64,000 nucleotides of DNA from the NCBI GenBank assembly GCA_045837725.1, contig JBEWZL010000077.1, positions 248,001-312,000 on the forward strand, in the 5' to 3' direction. This DNA comes from Vermamoeba vermiformis (Eukaryota). The position numbers and the translations under genes are program-made. Every line of letters begins with the position of its first letter. The first letter of the stretch is position 1. This document shows positions 50,771 to 64,000 of the stretch, piece by piece. The notes beneath the pieces are model-generated. The model searched no databases, was not told the origin of the DNA, and saw only the letters and a list, made by a program, of their open reading frames with translations.

Positions 50771-53467
50771 TTAGAATATCAGCCACAGCAACAGCAGCAC
50801 AAAGCTCACGCCGCACGAGAGCAGCAACAGATTGCCGTACTGGGCCAGGGGTCGCAAGTCGTAACTGAGCCCTGTGCGTTCATTCAGCCACCGTGCTGCC
50901 ATCACTGCTGGCCGCCACTCGTCAGTGCGGATGGGTTGTTCTTTGCCTAAAAAGGGCACGTCCTTGTTCGTGCAGCGACGCAGCCCTCGACGAATCTGCT
51001 GTCATTAGTACCGTGCACATGAGGTGCGTGAGTGTGGGACGTACTTGATCGCGACCGAGTTCGCTGAGGTGCATGGGATCATTGGGGTCAGTGTCGGGTT
51101 TGAACAGCGCACTCGACAGCGTGGAGACTGCACTGTTCGTGGCGTTGTCGTGTGTGCCGCGTGCAGGTGAAGTGGGCATGCGAATGCTCTGCTCGTTGAT
51201 GTCGAAGATGGCGCACACCACTTGCACCACACTGCGCAACACTTCAGCCTTGTCGATGGAGGTGCCTTTGGGTGTTTGTGGTGACTAGTGAATGAATTAA
51301 ATGAGGGTATGGAGATATGATTATGGAGGGTAGTGTTAGTGATATAGTGGAGATATCATTCCGTGATAGTAAGGACTGACCAATAGCTTGCGATCAGTCC
51401 CTGTTCGTAGGAATTTGATGGCTGACATCAACAACCTATTCGGCGCATACGTACATTGAACAGCGAGAATGGACGCGTGTCCAGCTTGTTCTCGGTCACT
51501 TCCACCGTCACGGGTGTTTTGCTCGTCCGCAGCTTGTCTTGCGCTAACTTGAGCGTGCCGACGAGTTGTTCGGCAATGTCAGTGTTGGACTGGTGGTGCA
51601 GCGGTGTGTATTGATAGTAAATGTTGTCTTCGAGGCCCAGACACTGTGAGCGGAGTGGTGCGGATTCTGGCGCGTGTTAGGCGAGTGACAGGTGTCAAAT
51701 CAAGACTTACGATCAAATGTCGAGCGGTAGCTGGGCTGTTGAGGGGTGTGCAAGAGTTCTTGTTCAATATCGAGCAACATCTTTTTGAGTTCTGGCTCCG
51801 AGAACACTTCAAGCACCTGTCACACTGTTAGACATTTGACACCTGTCACATGATCGTGGACTTACATTCACGAATGAGTCGAGTTCCGCGGTTGAAATGG
51901 TGCGGAAATCAAAGTCGAGTGCCATGCTCAATATTTTCATGAAAATCGGCACGTAGAATAAAAAGTTATATATTACATAGGGTCGCTTGATTTGTGTCGT
52001 GAAAATTGTTTGCCTGTCACATGTCAGTTAGTAGTCGAAAAGTTTCACTGAACGGCGCCACGTGCTTACCTGCGCTGCGAGTGCATTTCGTTGATGGGAC
52101 TCTGTGCGGCATTGCGGGGGAATTTGCGCCAAGGAGCAATGTATGCCAGCCAGATGTCAATCACCTGTCACCGTGTCAATGCGTGTCATTCAAGGTGTCA
52201 AAGAGCGTACCTTGAGCAGCATGCGATGCGTGTCGTACTTCCAGTGCGAGGTGAAGAACGACTGTTTCACAAAGGCGTAGAGTGGCTTGGCGAGTGTCTC
52301 TTGCACGAGGCGCAGCAAGGGTCGCGAGTGCCGCACGGTCTGATCGAAGCTCTCGCTGTAGATGAGCGACTGATCGAACATGCCGAGCAGGGACTGCAGG
52401 TGTGTGTGCAGCAGCACGAGGGCATCGACTTGCAGGTACGAGGGCAAGATGAATTCTTTGGTGCTCGGATTGTTCTGATTCAGCCAGAACTCGGTGCAAA
52501 TCTGCAAATATGTCTTGGAGATCGGATCCACTTCACTGAACAGCAAGACGGTTAGATCACGTGACAACTGTGCCTAAAAATAGACTGACCTCTTGGTGAA
52601 AGGCTTGGGAAAGAAAGTGGTCGTGTACTGATCGAGCAGCTCTAAATATAGTGTCTTGACGAGCTCGTCACGTGACGGGGGTGTGGCCTGGTTCTTGGTC
52701 AAAATATTTTCAGTCCAGCCTGTGATCTCGCCAAACACTGTCTGCTTCGAATTCTTTTTGCTGCTCTGCGGACTGGTCAGTGACACGTGTCATTCACTGA
52801 ATTGTACTCACGTGATCGGGGCGCACAGTGGTGGCAAAGTGAATGAAGTAAAACAAATAGAACTCGAAGATGTCTGCAAATGAGAGTTAAGGATGACAAC
52901 ACAAATGATTGCCAAATAAGGGCAAGTAATGATAGCCAAATAAGGATACTGAGCATCACTTTGGTGTAGGTCTCGTCCATGCGATTGAGATACAGCGCGG
53001 GCAGTGTGTTGTACTTGCCACCCAAGATCAGACCTCGCGTGGAGTGCTGTGACAGGTGTCAGCGAATCAGGTTCAGTGAATGCAGTGTTCAGTGAACAGA
53101 GTACTCACGGGCAGTTTGCTGAGCGGGAATTCAAATCTGAACTTGTGATCGTTGCTGAGACTGATCAGCACGCGGAAGAAGATCCCCTTGGCACTCAACA
53201 ACTGCTTCACTGCCTCGGCCTTGCTCTTGCTCTTGGTCTTCAACCAGGGCCTGTGCGCGCATCAGTCAGCAGCTATATTTAGCGCGAGCACGTGACGTAC
53301 CGCTTGCCGTGCGACTGAATGAAGCAGTTCTCGAGCAGGGTCGGGAATTGCGCCAACAACTCTTTGGGGTCCTCGCGCCGTTCATATATGTCTTTGAAGT
53401 AGCCGTTCAGCTGTTCGAGCGACTTGTCGGAGGCTTTTTGCGAGAGAATGGTGCGTAGTCGCGACAT
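50771..53467 (-). CDS. SMPD4: Sphingomyelin phosphodiesterase 4 (nSMase3/NET13)-like protein
   Basis: KELLAQFPTLLE, LQICTEFWLNQN and PLYAFVKQSFF..HW. C-terminal QPIRTDE..YDLRPLAQY followed by a tail-anchor TM, as in SMPD4. Confidence 0.68.
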
Positions 53468-53851
53468 TGGGACTGATCTGTGTTAGTAGTGCTGCTAAAA
53501 TATATTTGCCGGGTATAATGAATTATAAATATAGTGCGGTGAATTAAATTAGTCATAATTGATTTTTAATTATTTTTGAGTCTTTTTTTGTATTCGTACC
53601 TGGGCTGGATCTGCTGTGCAATGGATAGTAATTCAAATAATGGTCGCTAATTCGCTTTTTGATCACACAATAATAAACCACAATAGTATGGCAGTGAGTT
53701 GCTTGTGGTGTTGCTCAACGGGACTGAACGGATTTGAAATTGCGCGGGATTATCATTTACCACGTCCAATCGACGAGCACAACACAAATACACTCGCATA
53801 TCATCGCGCATTAATACAATAATTGCACCATCTGTTTGTGCTCGTTGACAA

Positions 53852-56800
53852 ATGGAGGCTCGCGAACCCCCCAAGCAGGAGTTCAAATCTAGCCAGATCG
53901 AGTCGTGGCGCAATATTGTGGCTAATTTAAAAGAGAACAATAGTGGACATCATAGTAGCGAGGTAATGCACGCAATAGGGGGTTATTTGAAATTAAAAAA
54001 TAATTATCACAAATATTATTCACGCTTCAGTTTAATTCAAATTAATTCAGCCATTAATTCCTGTAATTAGCGAGGACGAGCAGATCCGAACAACAATTAT
54101 TACGCCAAGCCCTATTCAAACACACGTGGTCGCGGACACAAGACAGCACATCAAGGCCCTGATCGATCACGTGGTCAGAACAAGTCACGTACTGACAAAT
54201 CACGTGGCCGAGGTCGTGGTGCGCATGCTCGTCACGTGACTCCTCAGCACAACACGTCAGTCAGTGACACCAACACTGTATGTATTGCCTTATTTGGATT
54301 AGTGTCGTTAACGCCCCTGTCATTCAGACACCTGTCATTTCAGTTGACACTTTGCACGTGACATTGGATCAGCTGAGTGCGCTCAACTTTCCAAATTTAG
54401 AAGTCGACGCAGCCGATGCAGGTCACGTGATTGCAGGTCTGACACGCCAATTGACACGTGTCACAGTCGACTCTGCACTGTTGCTCAAGTGGTGTCACAC
54501 TACTGTCGCGATCATGCGCAAGCACGAGGTCTATTTTGAGAACAGTGATCTCGCCCTCGTGATTGACTGTCACGTGACGCATCTGCGCACGGCCCTGCAG
54601 ACCAATCACGTGCTCGTACCAGCACTCTTGCGCGCGCTCAGCTTTGTGCTCTATGAGAACAGTCCGCGCTATCTCACCAAGGTACTGATTGCCTTTTTTG
54701 GCAAGTGATTTAACTGTCCAATCACAGGTTTCCGAGCTGTTGGCACTGCTGATGCCCCTGGTAGATTTCGAGAAGCACGTGACTGATCGGGAAGTGCCGC
54801 GATTGGCTGCTTCGTGTCTGGGCTCGATTGCCACCAAATCTGGTCCGAAATCTGGCGAGATACAGCGCGAGATTATCAACACACTGTTGCGTGCGTTGAA
54901 TGTGGCACGGAATATCTTGTCACGTGACGCGAGTATGGCGCGGTCAGTGGCAGCAGTGTTGCACGCCCTGGCCCTGGCAGTGAGTGAGTGTCGGGTCCCG
55001 AATTTCAATCCCGCCGTGCCCCCGCCCCCGTCCCTGTTCGGCACTCTCGCGCGACTGACGGCCCTGGGCACTGTGGACAAGCCCGATCTCCCCGCACATC
55101 TCGCCACACTGCCCAGCACTGCCAGTGACAGCGAGCTCTCTGATTCTGACGCGGGAGATCGTTTCCAATTTTGGAAAGTACGACTGCACGCGCTGAATGT
55201 GCTGCAGGCCCTGGTGCGGACTGGCGGCGTGGCACACTTTGTGCAGTTCTGGCCGCAGTTGTTGCCAGCCAGTGTCACTTCGCCACCCCCGCACTTGTGT
55301 GCTATAATTAGCAGCGATCCCGTGCACAAGGTACGCGGTGCCGCGCTGCAACTGCTGCAAGTGATGGTGGACGGTGCGAGCAAGTACCTCGTGCTCGTCG
55401 ATGACACGCAGAGCAATGTCGCCAAGTCCTTCACTCCGCTCTCACGCACATTGGGCGCGGTTGTGCGTACTCTGCATCACGTGCTGCTGCAAGTGCTCGC
55501 CACTGAACTGCGCGCCAACACACTGCTGCAGCTGTTGAAGGTAAGTGTTTGACACCTGTCAACTTGTCAACTCACCTGTCGCGCAGTGTCTCAGTGTGGT
55601 GATTGACAACATGCCCTATGAACGCCTGTCAACGAGTGTCATTGCACAGCTCGTGCAGTCACTCGAGCACGTGATTTTCAAAGCACAAGAAGACGTCGCG
55701 ATTCGTGCCTCAGCTGTCACGTGCTTCACTCACGTGCTTAATACGAAATCTCCGCTGAGCGAAGTGCAGCGCGTGTTGACAGCCACTGACAGCACTGCAC
55801 AGCTCGCTGCTCGACTGTGCGCGTTGTTGGCGAGTGACAATCTGCCACCACACTTGACTGCTGAATTGTTCCGCGCCTTCGCTGCCATGTGCGGCCATTA
55901 TTATTCCGCTGTCAAGTAAGTCCCCCACTGTGCAATTAGATCAATCTCATGCTATTTTTAGACTTGTGTGGCCTGAGCTGCTGTCCCACACATTGACAGC
56001 TGTCAAAAGCAAGGAAATTTCAGTGAGAATTGCGGCAGTGACCCTGCTCGATGGCGTGGCGAAGAGTGTTGCCAAATCAGTACGTACCTCCACTTGACAT
56101 GTTGACACGTGTCACTGACAGGTCTGCAGAGCGATGCAAGTGAGTACTGGACAGCGATGATGACGAGTGCTGTCACCGATCTCTTTCACGACGAGATCAA
56201 TGCTGTCAGGGCCACGATTTGCAACTGTTTCTCGCAAGTGCCAGCACGTGTCTTCGACGCCCTGTCGCGCGACAAGCGCATCATGATGCAGACAGTCATG
56301 CTCGGTCTCGCACGTGATGAAGCACCACTCGTGCGTGCCACAGCCAGTCGCACACTGGGCGTGTACATCACATTCAAATCACTCAGCTCGGACGCGCTGT
56401 TCGTGGCAGATGTGGCCCTGGCTCTCACTGACGGCCTCAACGACAAGAACCTCAATGTGCGCATCAGAGCCAGTTGGGGCCTCGGCAATCTGTGTGACGC
56501 GCTGATTGGTGTCTCGGAGGACAGTGCTGAAGTGGCTGCGCTGGAGGACATTCCCACGGACATTCTCGTCAATGTAATCAAGTGTGCTGTGCGTGCCACA
56601 CGTGACAATGACAAAGTGCGAGCCAATGCCGTGCGAGCTCTCGGAAATTTCCTGCGCTTTGCCCCCGCAGAGCTGTTGCGCGAGTACACAGCGCTGGTGA
56701 GCAGTGTGTGCGAGACACTGATGCAACACACCACTGAGGGCTCGGTCAAAGTGCGTTGGAATGCCTGTTATGCCCTGGGCAATGCCTTCCACAACCAGGC

Positions 56801-57377
56801 CATGCACCACGTGACACTCAAGCTGACCTCCAAGCACGGCACTCCATTCAGTGAAGAGATTGCTGCATCACTCGCGCACGTGTTGTGCAGTGCCAGCAAC
56901 TTCAAAGTGCGCATCAATGCAGCCACAGCCCTGGCACAGTTGCAGTCACGTGACGCGTACGGCAAGCAGTTGACAGTAGTGTGGCGCGCAGTGATCGAGG
57001 CCATGGTGACGATCGATGCGAATCAAGACCCTGCCTCGTACCAGTACAAGAACACACTGCAAGATCAACTGCTCGCCACACTGCAGCACGTGATTGAAGT
57101 CACGACTGCTGATGACGTCACAGCCCTGGTAGATGTGTTCACTGAACGAGCTACAGCCCTGTTCGAAGCACTGCACTTCAACTACGAGATAAGCAAGGTG
57201 AGTACTATTCAGTATTGTTAAGTGTTACCTCGCTCACATTCGTCGCAGCACTCGCCGTTGAAGAGTGAACAAGAGCGCGCCAGATCGGTGCAGCGCAGTC
57301 ACCACCAGCTCTTGACACTACTGGCCCCGCTCAATATCGCTGCTGTGCGAGACGTGAAACCGCTAGCACCTTTGTAA
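53852..57377 (+). CDS. HEATR6: HEAT repeat-containing protein 6-like
   Basis: SDSELSDSD..KVRLHAL, SFTPLS, NMPYERL, DNDKVRANAVRALGN, KVRWNACYALGN and NFKVRINAATAL. Confidence 0.85.
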
Positions 57378-57496
57378 ATAGACCTGTAAAGCTGTTAAAT
57401 AGTACCGACATGTCACATCACTCGCGCATCTATCGATTTTTGCTATTTACTAAGTACTGTACAAGATACGAGTGTGAACTGCCAATGTTTCACAGC

Positions 57497-60400
57497 TCAT
57501 TTTTTACTTTGCGCGACTTCTGGCGGTTCCAAAACACGACTTCGTTTGAAGAGCTCTTTGTCGTCTAATATAAACAGTTCTTGTCGCAAAAATGCTTGTG
57601 CATCAGGGTCAGGTTGAATGTTTGTGTACTGGCTTTGTTGGGCACGTTGGATCTGCAATAAAATGGCCGATAATTTCTTCATTTTCTTCCAATTGATCAT
57701 GCTGCCGTCGAGTTTGGTCGGATTTCCGTCATTAATGAACGTCAAATCAGCCAAAAACAGACCAATGTACGGCACCAGGGGCGGGGCTTCGTTCTGCATG
57801 AGCGGACGATAGTTCTTCCAGTTCTGTTCGGGCGAGACAATCAACGACAGCTTGCCGAGGATGTCAGTGTACTTCTTGTTCATAGTCTTCCACGTCTGAT
57901 TCAATCGCTTCACACTCGGATTGTTGAGCCCTCCGACAATCTCGAGCAGTCCGTTGTAGTTCTTATACTTCAAGCAGTACTGTAGTACAAATTCATTAGA
58001 GCGCTGTGAATGGCATCATTTGACACGTGTCAAGTTCTTACCTGCGCGATTAAAATGAACTTCTTGATGAGTGTTTGACGGGCTTTGACACTTTGCGCGC
58101 TGACCACTTCAGTCGCCACCCACGAGCTGACTTTGTTCACAAATGTCACCACCGCATCCAAGTTCGGTGCTTCGGCTTCACGATTTTCTTTCTTGCCCAA
58201 GATCCAGTAATTCACTTCGCGGAATGAAATCTTTTTGAACAAATTGAACTCAAAATACGTCAATTGTTTCGCAAAGTTGAGTGGATCAAAGTCTTTAGCC
58301 CCGCGTGATGAGGGCTTTTCTGAGTTGTGCGGCATTAAATTCCGCAGCACCACGAGCTGTTCTTGTTCTTTGGTCAACTGCAAACAATAAATTAGCCTCA
58401 ATTAATCCGATTAGATGCATAAGGGACGTACATTGCTCGAGTATTTTTTGCTCTTTTTGAACGGCTCGTCGATGGTCTTGGTGTCTTTGGCCAGTTTGAG
58501 CAGTCCTTCCACCAGCAATTGATTGCACACCTCAATCGCGTCGTCTTCGTCCAAATTGAGCTGTTTTTTGAACCACTTCAACATGTCTGTGCCTGCAAAT
58601 GTGTCTTTGCTCTTCGACGTTGATTTGATGCCCGTGTCAGGGTGCTTCATGCTCACCACGACCTCATCGAGACAGTCTTTGTTGATGCCTGCCATCTGTT
58701 GCAACACCTCGTCAGTCACTAGCACTGCGATATATATATTAGCAAGAGCTTACTTTGTAGCGGATGAGTCGTTTCATCAGGTCTCTGAAGCCAAATCGTT
58801 TGTCGTGAATGCTGCCCTTCAGATCTGTGTCGCAGAACCGCAGCACTTTTTCCACGAGCTCATTATTGCCCTCCCTACGAGTGTGTTAGCGCTAATATAC
58901 TCGTCATAGATAATGATATATAATATGTGATATAGAAGTGTATAAGACATATGGGGATACAGACTTTGACAATAACCTGAAGTCGTTGAAGTTGGTTTCA
59001 ATCCACTGCTGAAACACTTCAATCACGCGCAGCTGAATAAAACTCTTCTTTTGATCGAATTCTTTGCGGTCCGATTCGCCTTCAGGGGCCTGCAACAATA
59101 GTCCGATTAAGCATTGTTATTTAACTGATTGATTCTATTCTGCGCACCTTTTGTTCAAATCGATCCACCAGCATATTCATCAGTGTGAGGGGCGTTGAAA
59201 AATAATGCAAAGTCAACAAGAATTCTTTGGCGAATGTGTTGTCTGCATTACATTTGTTAGTCAACTAGGCGATGGTCCTATATATATTAATAACAAGCAA
59301 TAGCGTACCTTTGTGATGAGTGGGTGAGGTGAGGGCTTTGACCAGGGCCTCCATGCTGCCTCCGAGAATGAGTCGTTTCTCCAAGTCCTCTTCATTCGGC
59401 ACAAATTTGAGGCCGTCCATCACGATGGCTTTGGCTTCGTTTTCAGCCTCGAGCTTGGAGCCGTCTTCTTTTTCCGCCTTGGGAATTTTGACTTTGAGCT
59501 TGGTCGAGGTCTTGAGTTTGTTGGGCGGTGTTTGCTGCGTGGGTTTTGAAGCAGAATTGCGCGGAGATTTCTTGTCACGTGCTGAAGTGGGTGCTGACTG
59601 CGCCTCTTTGGAGTCACGTGGACTCTTTTGCGAGGCTTTGAGACCGACTGACAGCGCACTGGAGACACCAGCCAAGCGAGGCACGGTGTTGGGCCCAGGA
59701 CCTGACGAGGACTTAGTGGTGACTGTGGCCTTGGTCTCAGCGGCAGTCTGTGAACTTGAGAGCGGATTGGACGAGCCTGAGGACTCGGGGGTGTGCGATG
59801 TGCTGCTCTGATTGGACTCGTTCTCGTTGAGCTGCAGATCTGACTCGTCATCGCTCAAGTCACTGATGGACAAGTCCAGTTCAATGTCCTCGGTGTCTGC
59901 AATCTTCGACTGATTCATGATCTGATCGTTCAATGCCACACGTTGCAGCCACTCAAAGGCTGAAATCATGTTGTTATCGGTTTCACGTGCACTGCTCGGT
60001 CGATCACTGCGCATTGAGGTATTTGAGCGCGTGTCTTCATCGCTGGACGAGAGCTCATCAAAGACCAGACCCGGTGCCCCACCAGGGCCCAGTGCCACTG
60101 ACTGACTTCTGCTGTCTCTGCGCGATATTAATGACATGCTGCTCGGTCCACTGCCGTTGTTGTTGTTGTCACTCAGATTGCGCTTGGGTCTTCAGCAACA
60201 CGTTAGTAATGTGGGGTTGGGCGTGTCAGAAGGATATTGTAGTTAATAGTAATTGCATAAAGACGTGGAGGAGTCATTATAAGCTACGTTGTCATGTTAT
60301 GGCATTAAAAATGTGACAAATAAGGTGACAAAATCAAATTTAATTTGTAAATTTTGATTTTGAACTTGCGGATGTGGACTTGTGAACACGACAATAAATG

Positions 60401-60500
60401 ATTGCTTTAAGAAAATTACAATAAAAATTAAATCTGTTTAAGTAACTTACTTTTTGCGCTCTACATCTGTTGAAGTTGATCCACTGTTTGGCGAGGACAT
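57497..60500 (-). CDS. Ras guanine-nucleotide exchange factor (REM + DEP + CDC25)
   Basis: REM (GGSMEALVKAL, FLLTLHYFSTP, IQLRVIEVFQQWIE), DEP (TFAGTDMLKWF..DAIEVCNQLL) and CDC25 (FAKQLT, WVATEVV, NYNGL, VPYIGLFLADLTFINDGNP). Confidence 0.92.
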
Positions 60501-61272
60501 AATTACATTTGCCCTAATCAATATAAAATAAGTCACACATTTATAATCAATATGAACACAACTGCATTATTGATTGCAAAGCGTTAAAAATAAAGCGTGG
60601 GAATTGCTCCTGCTTCACATAATCTTCACAGTATTTTATTGCACGACAAAAGAAACAATTTTTATCGAATGAATTTATATAATATTATGTGATTATAGAG
60701 TATTAATAGCGCTATGTAATATTCGCCTCTAAAATAAAAAAATATTTAAATTTTAACTGCATCCACCAAATCAAACAAAGACATTATGATACACTCTCAT
60801 TTGAGCTATAATAAATAGTGGTGCTTGGTAATAGATGTTTAAAGCTTACCTAGAGAATCACTTTAAAATAGTCCTATTTTTATAAAACTCCAAACGTTCT
60901 AGAGTGGCTGTATAAATATATCGATATACCGCTGTATATCACTAAAATAGAGCAAGTTTGTTAAGACCACTGTTGTTGTTCTCTATTCGGGCTGTAACGG
61001 TTAATTGTCAGGCAAAATATGATTTTGTCGAGGAATTCGTCAAATCACAACTAAGACTACTCACTATACAAGGACTATGCTTAGTATAGAATCAACTATG
61101 TTGAGAACGGGTGGAATTGCTTTCCGATTCGGATCTGTTCGCTGAAAATCGAATCACAAAATCAACTCTCGCGCAGATCGTAAATTCGCTCGAATATATT
61201 CGCAGTGTCATATTTATTTACAAGGTACTATTGACCACAGTTTAGTATTGTTCTCACGAGTCAAGGGCTAGA

Positions 61273-62463
61273 TCACGACTTGACAACTTTGTACATGATA
61301 TCTGCAGTACTCGATTAGATAGCCGAATTATGACCACGTACTAATATATGTACATACCAGATCTGAATACATATTTGAATTTGCCCTCGGAGTAGTGAGG
61401 AGCACCTTCGTGTAATGGACTGAGAGAGCCAGTGTGGAAGAACAAGAGCGCAGATCCAGTGGTCTATTGCACAAGTTAGTCAACGTAATAGTGCTATGTA
61501 GTCTCGATAGGTAAAATGGCTAGCTCAACGATGTACTTACAGGATCTATTTTGACTTGGTTGTCCATGTCCATGTAGCCTTTAGGGAAGAAGGTAGTGTG
61601 GCCAAACTTGAAGCCTAGTGAAGACTATTAGATCAAATTTATATATGAAGGACCGCTATTGTTCAACCTACCATCATTCAAGTAAATAATGAAGGTCAAG
61701 TGGCTCATCTCTTCGTGAGTGCGCGGGAATGCACCGTCATAGTGCGGTTGGAAGATTTGTCGCTCAGCATCTAATGCAATTAGGTTAATAAGATCGAAAA
61801 TCATCAATATTAGGTGGTACTTACATCGATAGAATCGGATTCGCTCGTTGAAACCTTGAGGATCAACAAGACGCCAAGTTTTGCCACCAAATCGAATGTC
61901 ATTAGGCAAGAGCTGTTTAATTCTATCCCACATCACTTGCAACTCTTCTTTAGGCATCTCCCACATCACTCGTTCATTGTCACGCACATCTTGAAGGCAA
62001 AGCGTAAGCTACAACTACTGATAGACACCATCATGAAATATTTATTACTAACTTACCTTTCATCATCATAGCGGAGTGCAAGCCAGTGGAGATTGGTGCT
62101 TCGGTGTAGCCCATAGTCTCGCTGGATTTAATTAGGAATTCGCACTCTTCGGGAGTTAACACCTAAACAATACACAATTGATATTAATACATTTAAATTT
62201 CTTATCGATAAATATCTAAACGAATTCGTAATTTAAAATCGATATTGAGAATTTTTCATTAACAAAGACCAGCGCTCTTTTAACTTATGATCACGTACAT
62301 TGCGTAATATAAATGCTCCTTTAACACCTTCTACGTCTTCTTTTTCAACTGGCTTGGGGTTGGAGCTCCACATAAACTTGCCGAGTGGATTGGAGTCGTG
62401 CACCTTCATAGCACGTTCGACTTTAGGGTCAATAATTCTCTTCTTTCTTTCAGCTTGTTCCAT
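61273..62463 (-). CDS. 2OG-Fe(II) oxygenase, prolyl-4-hydroxylase-like
   Basis: FILRNV-LTPEEC, FNERIRFYR, FQPHYDG (HxD), LTFIIYLND, LHEG (distal His) and KYVFRSDIMY. Confidence 0.85.
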
Positions 62464-62820
62464 TCTGAGTTGTTGTGTTGTTTAGGTTGCGAGATGTTAA
62501 AATGAAACTCAACCAAAGTTCGGCTTTTGTGCTGACGCAAGACAGTTTCTACGAATTTCAAGTAACGCCTCGCGTAGTAGAATTGCAATTCTAGCGAACA
62601 TATCCTCATTAGTGGCAATTTTGTACCAGTATCATATCAGGCTGTCAACCTACGGCTCGGGTAATTTTCAAATAAACAAATTTCAAACCAAAATAATGTT
62701 CCCTATTTTTCTTTGCTGATCGTGCACTAAAGCACAAAATAAGAATCAGTGTTATTTATTAGCAGTGTTAAATTGAATAGTGTTGTTTTGCTCAAGCAAC
62801 AGGAGTGACAACGCTAAAAT

Positions 62821-64000
62821 ATGGATGATCAAGGGCAACGTCTAGATAAAATTGTAGCTCAAAATGGTAACACTCCTATATTAGTTTACAATTAAATTTG
62901 ATACAATGTAGTGTTCTTGTGGAGTACACTAGCATAATTGGGCAAATTGAAAAATATTTATTTTATTTTTAATTGAATATCGCATTTATTAAATTAAAAT
63001 ATTACAGAGGAGCTAAAGTTAACAGAGAAAACTCAAAAAGCGATTGCCGAAATTCTTCCGAGCAAAGATCCGCTCGATCAGCCAGACTTCAATTACATAG
63101 ATTATGTGAACACTATTTTTCCAAATGGTACGTCGATTAATAATATCCTGTATTTTATGACGATATTAATTTACATGATAATAGAGAAGTCAGTCGAAAA
63201 TATTGAAAATGAGTTGACGAAACTGCGCCTCAAAGTGAAAAGGTACGAACAGAGGAGCAATAATAATACATATATTATTACAAATGAATATAAATATAAC
63301 ACGTGCACTGCAGAATTGACGAAGATATCCTCTCGTCCGTGTACAAACAAACACGAGCAGGCACGAAGGGCAAGCAAGAGCTCGACAAGGCCAATGTCGC
63401 CGTGCAAGAACTGTTCACTAAAGTCGGTGAGATTAAGCGCAAGGCCTCGGAGAGTGAACAGATGGTCCAAGAGATTTGTCGTGACATTCGCGATCTCGAC
63501 TTTGCCAAGCGCAATTTATCGACAGCTATTGATGCCTTGAGAAAACTGCACGAAGCAGGTCAGTTGCACCACTAAGCAGAGTGCATATGAATGAGACTAA
63601 TCATTGTTATTACGTACAGTGACCTGCTTGGAACAGATTAAGACGATGACGGAGAGGAAACAATACGTTGAAGTGGCCAAGCGGTACTCAGTGAGTGTTA
63701 TGATAATATTGCCTAATAGACGCGTAACTAACTGCATGCAAGACGGTGCAAGAGATCTTGTTGTTCTTCTCGGCATACAAAGACATCCCTAAGATCAAAG
63801 AAATTCAAAAACAAGTTGACGCTGTCACCAGTCAACTGCGCGAGCTGATGTTCTCTGAGTTCAACAAGTACGTTACTGGTAATAATACTGCACCATTGCC
63901 CTATCTAACTTGCGTCACAGCCCTAACTTAAAGCACTTGACACCAAGCGAACAACAACTGATTCTCGACGCGTCATCTGTCGTGTCAGCTCTCGGTCCTG
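62821..64000 (+). CDS. VPS53: GARP/EARP subunit VPS53, 3' end runs off the window
   Basis: DPLDQPDFNYIDYVNTIFPN, IKRKASESEQMVQEICRDIRDLDFAKRNL and YKDIPKI. Confidence 0.93.

Noticed and set aside
60501-61270. Long AT-rich intergenic region with splice-like signals; possible small gene or snoRNA
   Set aside because: I could not assemble a convincing ORF, box C/D pair or tRNA fold; it may be UTR or promoter sequence.
10477-64000. Apparent clustering of trafficking genes (Exo70, VPS29, syntaxin, COMMD4, VPS53) and RNA-processing genes
   Set aside because: They are dispersed among unrelated genes, which is expected by chance in a dense housekeeping region.

Overview
Gene-dense, intron-rich eukaryotic (protist) DNA, probably amoebozoan: NF1 with a Sec14 domain, SPINDLY, a DEP-containing RasGEF and a STAT-type SH2 are all present. 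Most introns are short GT-AG introns of about 45-110 nt. I can support 34 protein-coding genes, mostly housekeeping. Several small spliced genes are absent or unrecognisable in the ORF track: SmG, TRIAP1/Mdm35, Rpp14, MPP6 and a LEM-like membrane protein. I recognised no rRNA, tRNA or CRISPR. The standout feature is an ~9 kb compositionally distinct island (39123-48102). It carries three membrane-anchored CrtI/CrtN-family desaturase paralogs and a carotenoid cleavage dioxygenase, has no phytoene synthase, and is bounded by a 33-bp direct repeat (30/33 identical). A second window-wide signal is strong enrichment of CACGTG and TGAC..GTCA words inside exons and introns of the resident genes, almost absent from the island. 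CDS coordinates span introns and were assembled by eye. Product calls come from motif recognition, not database searches.
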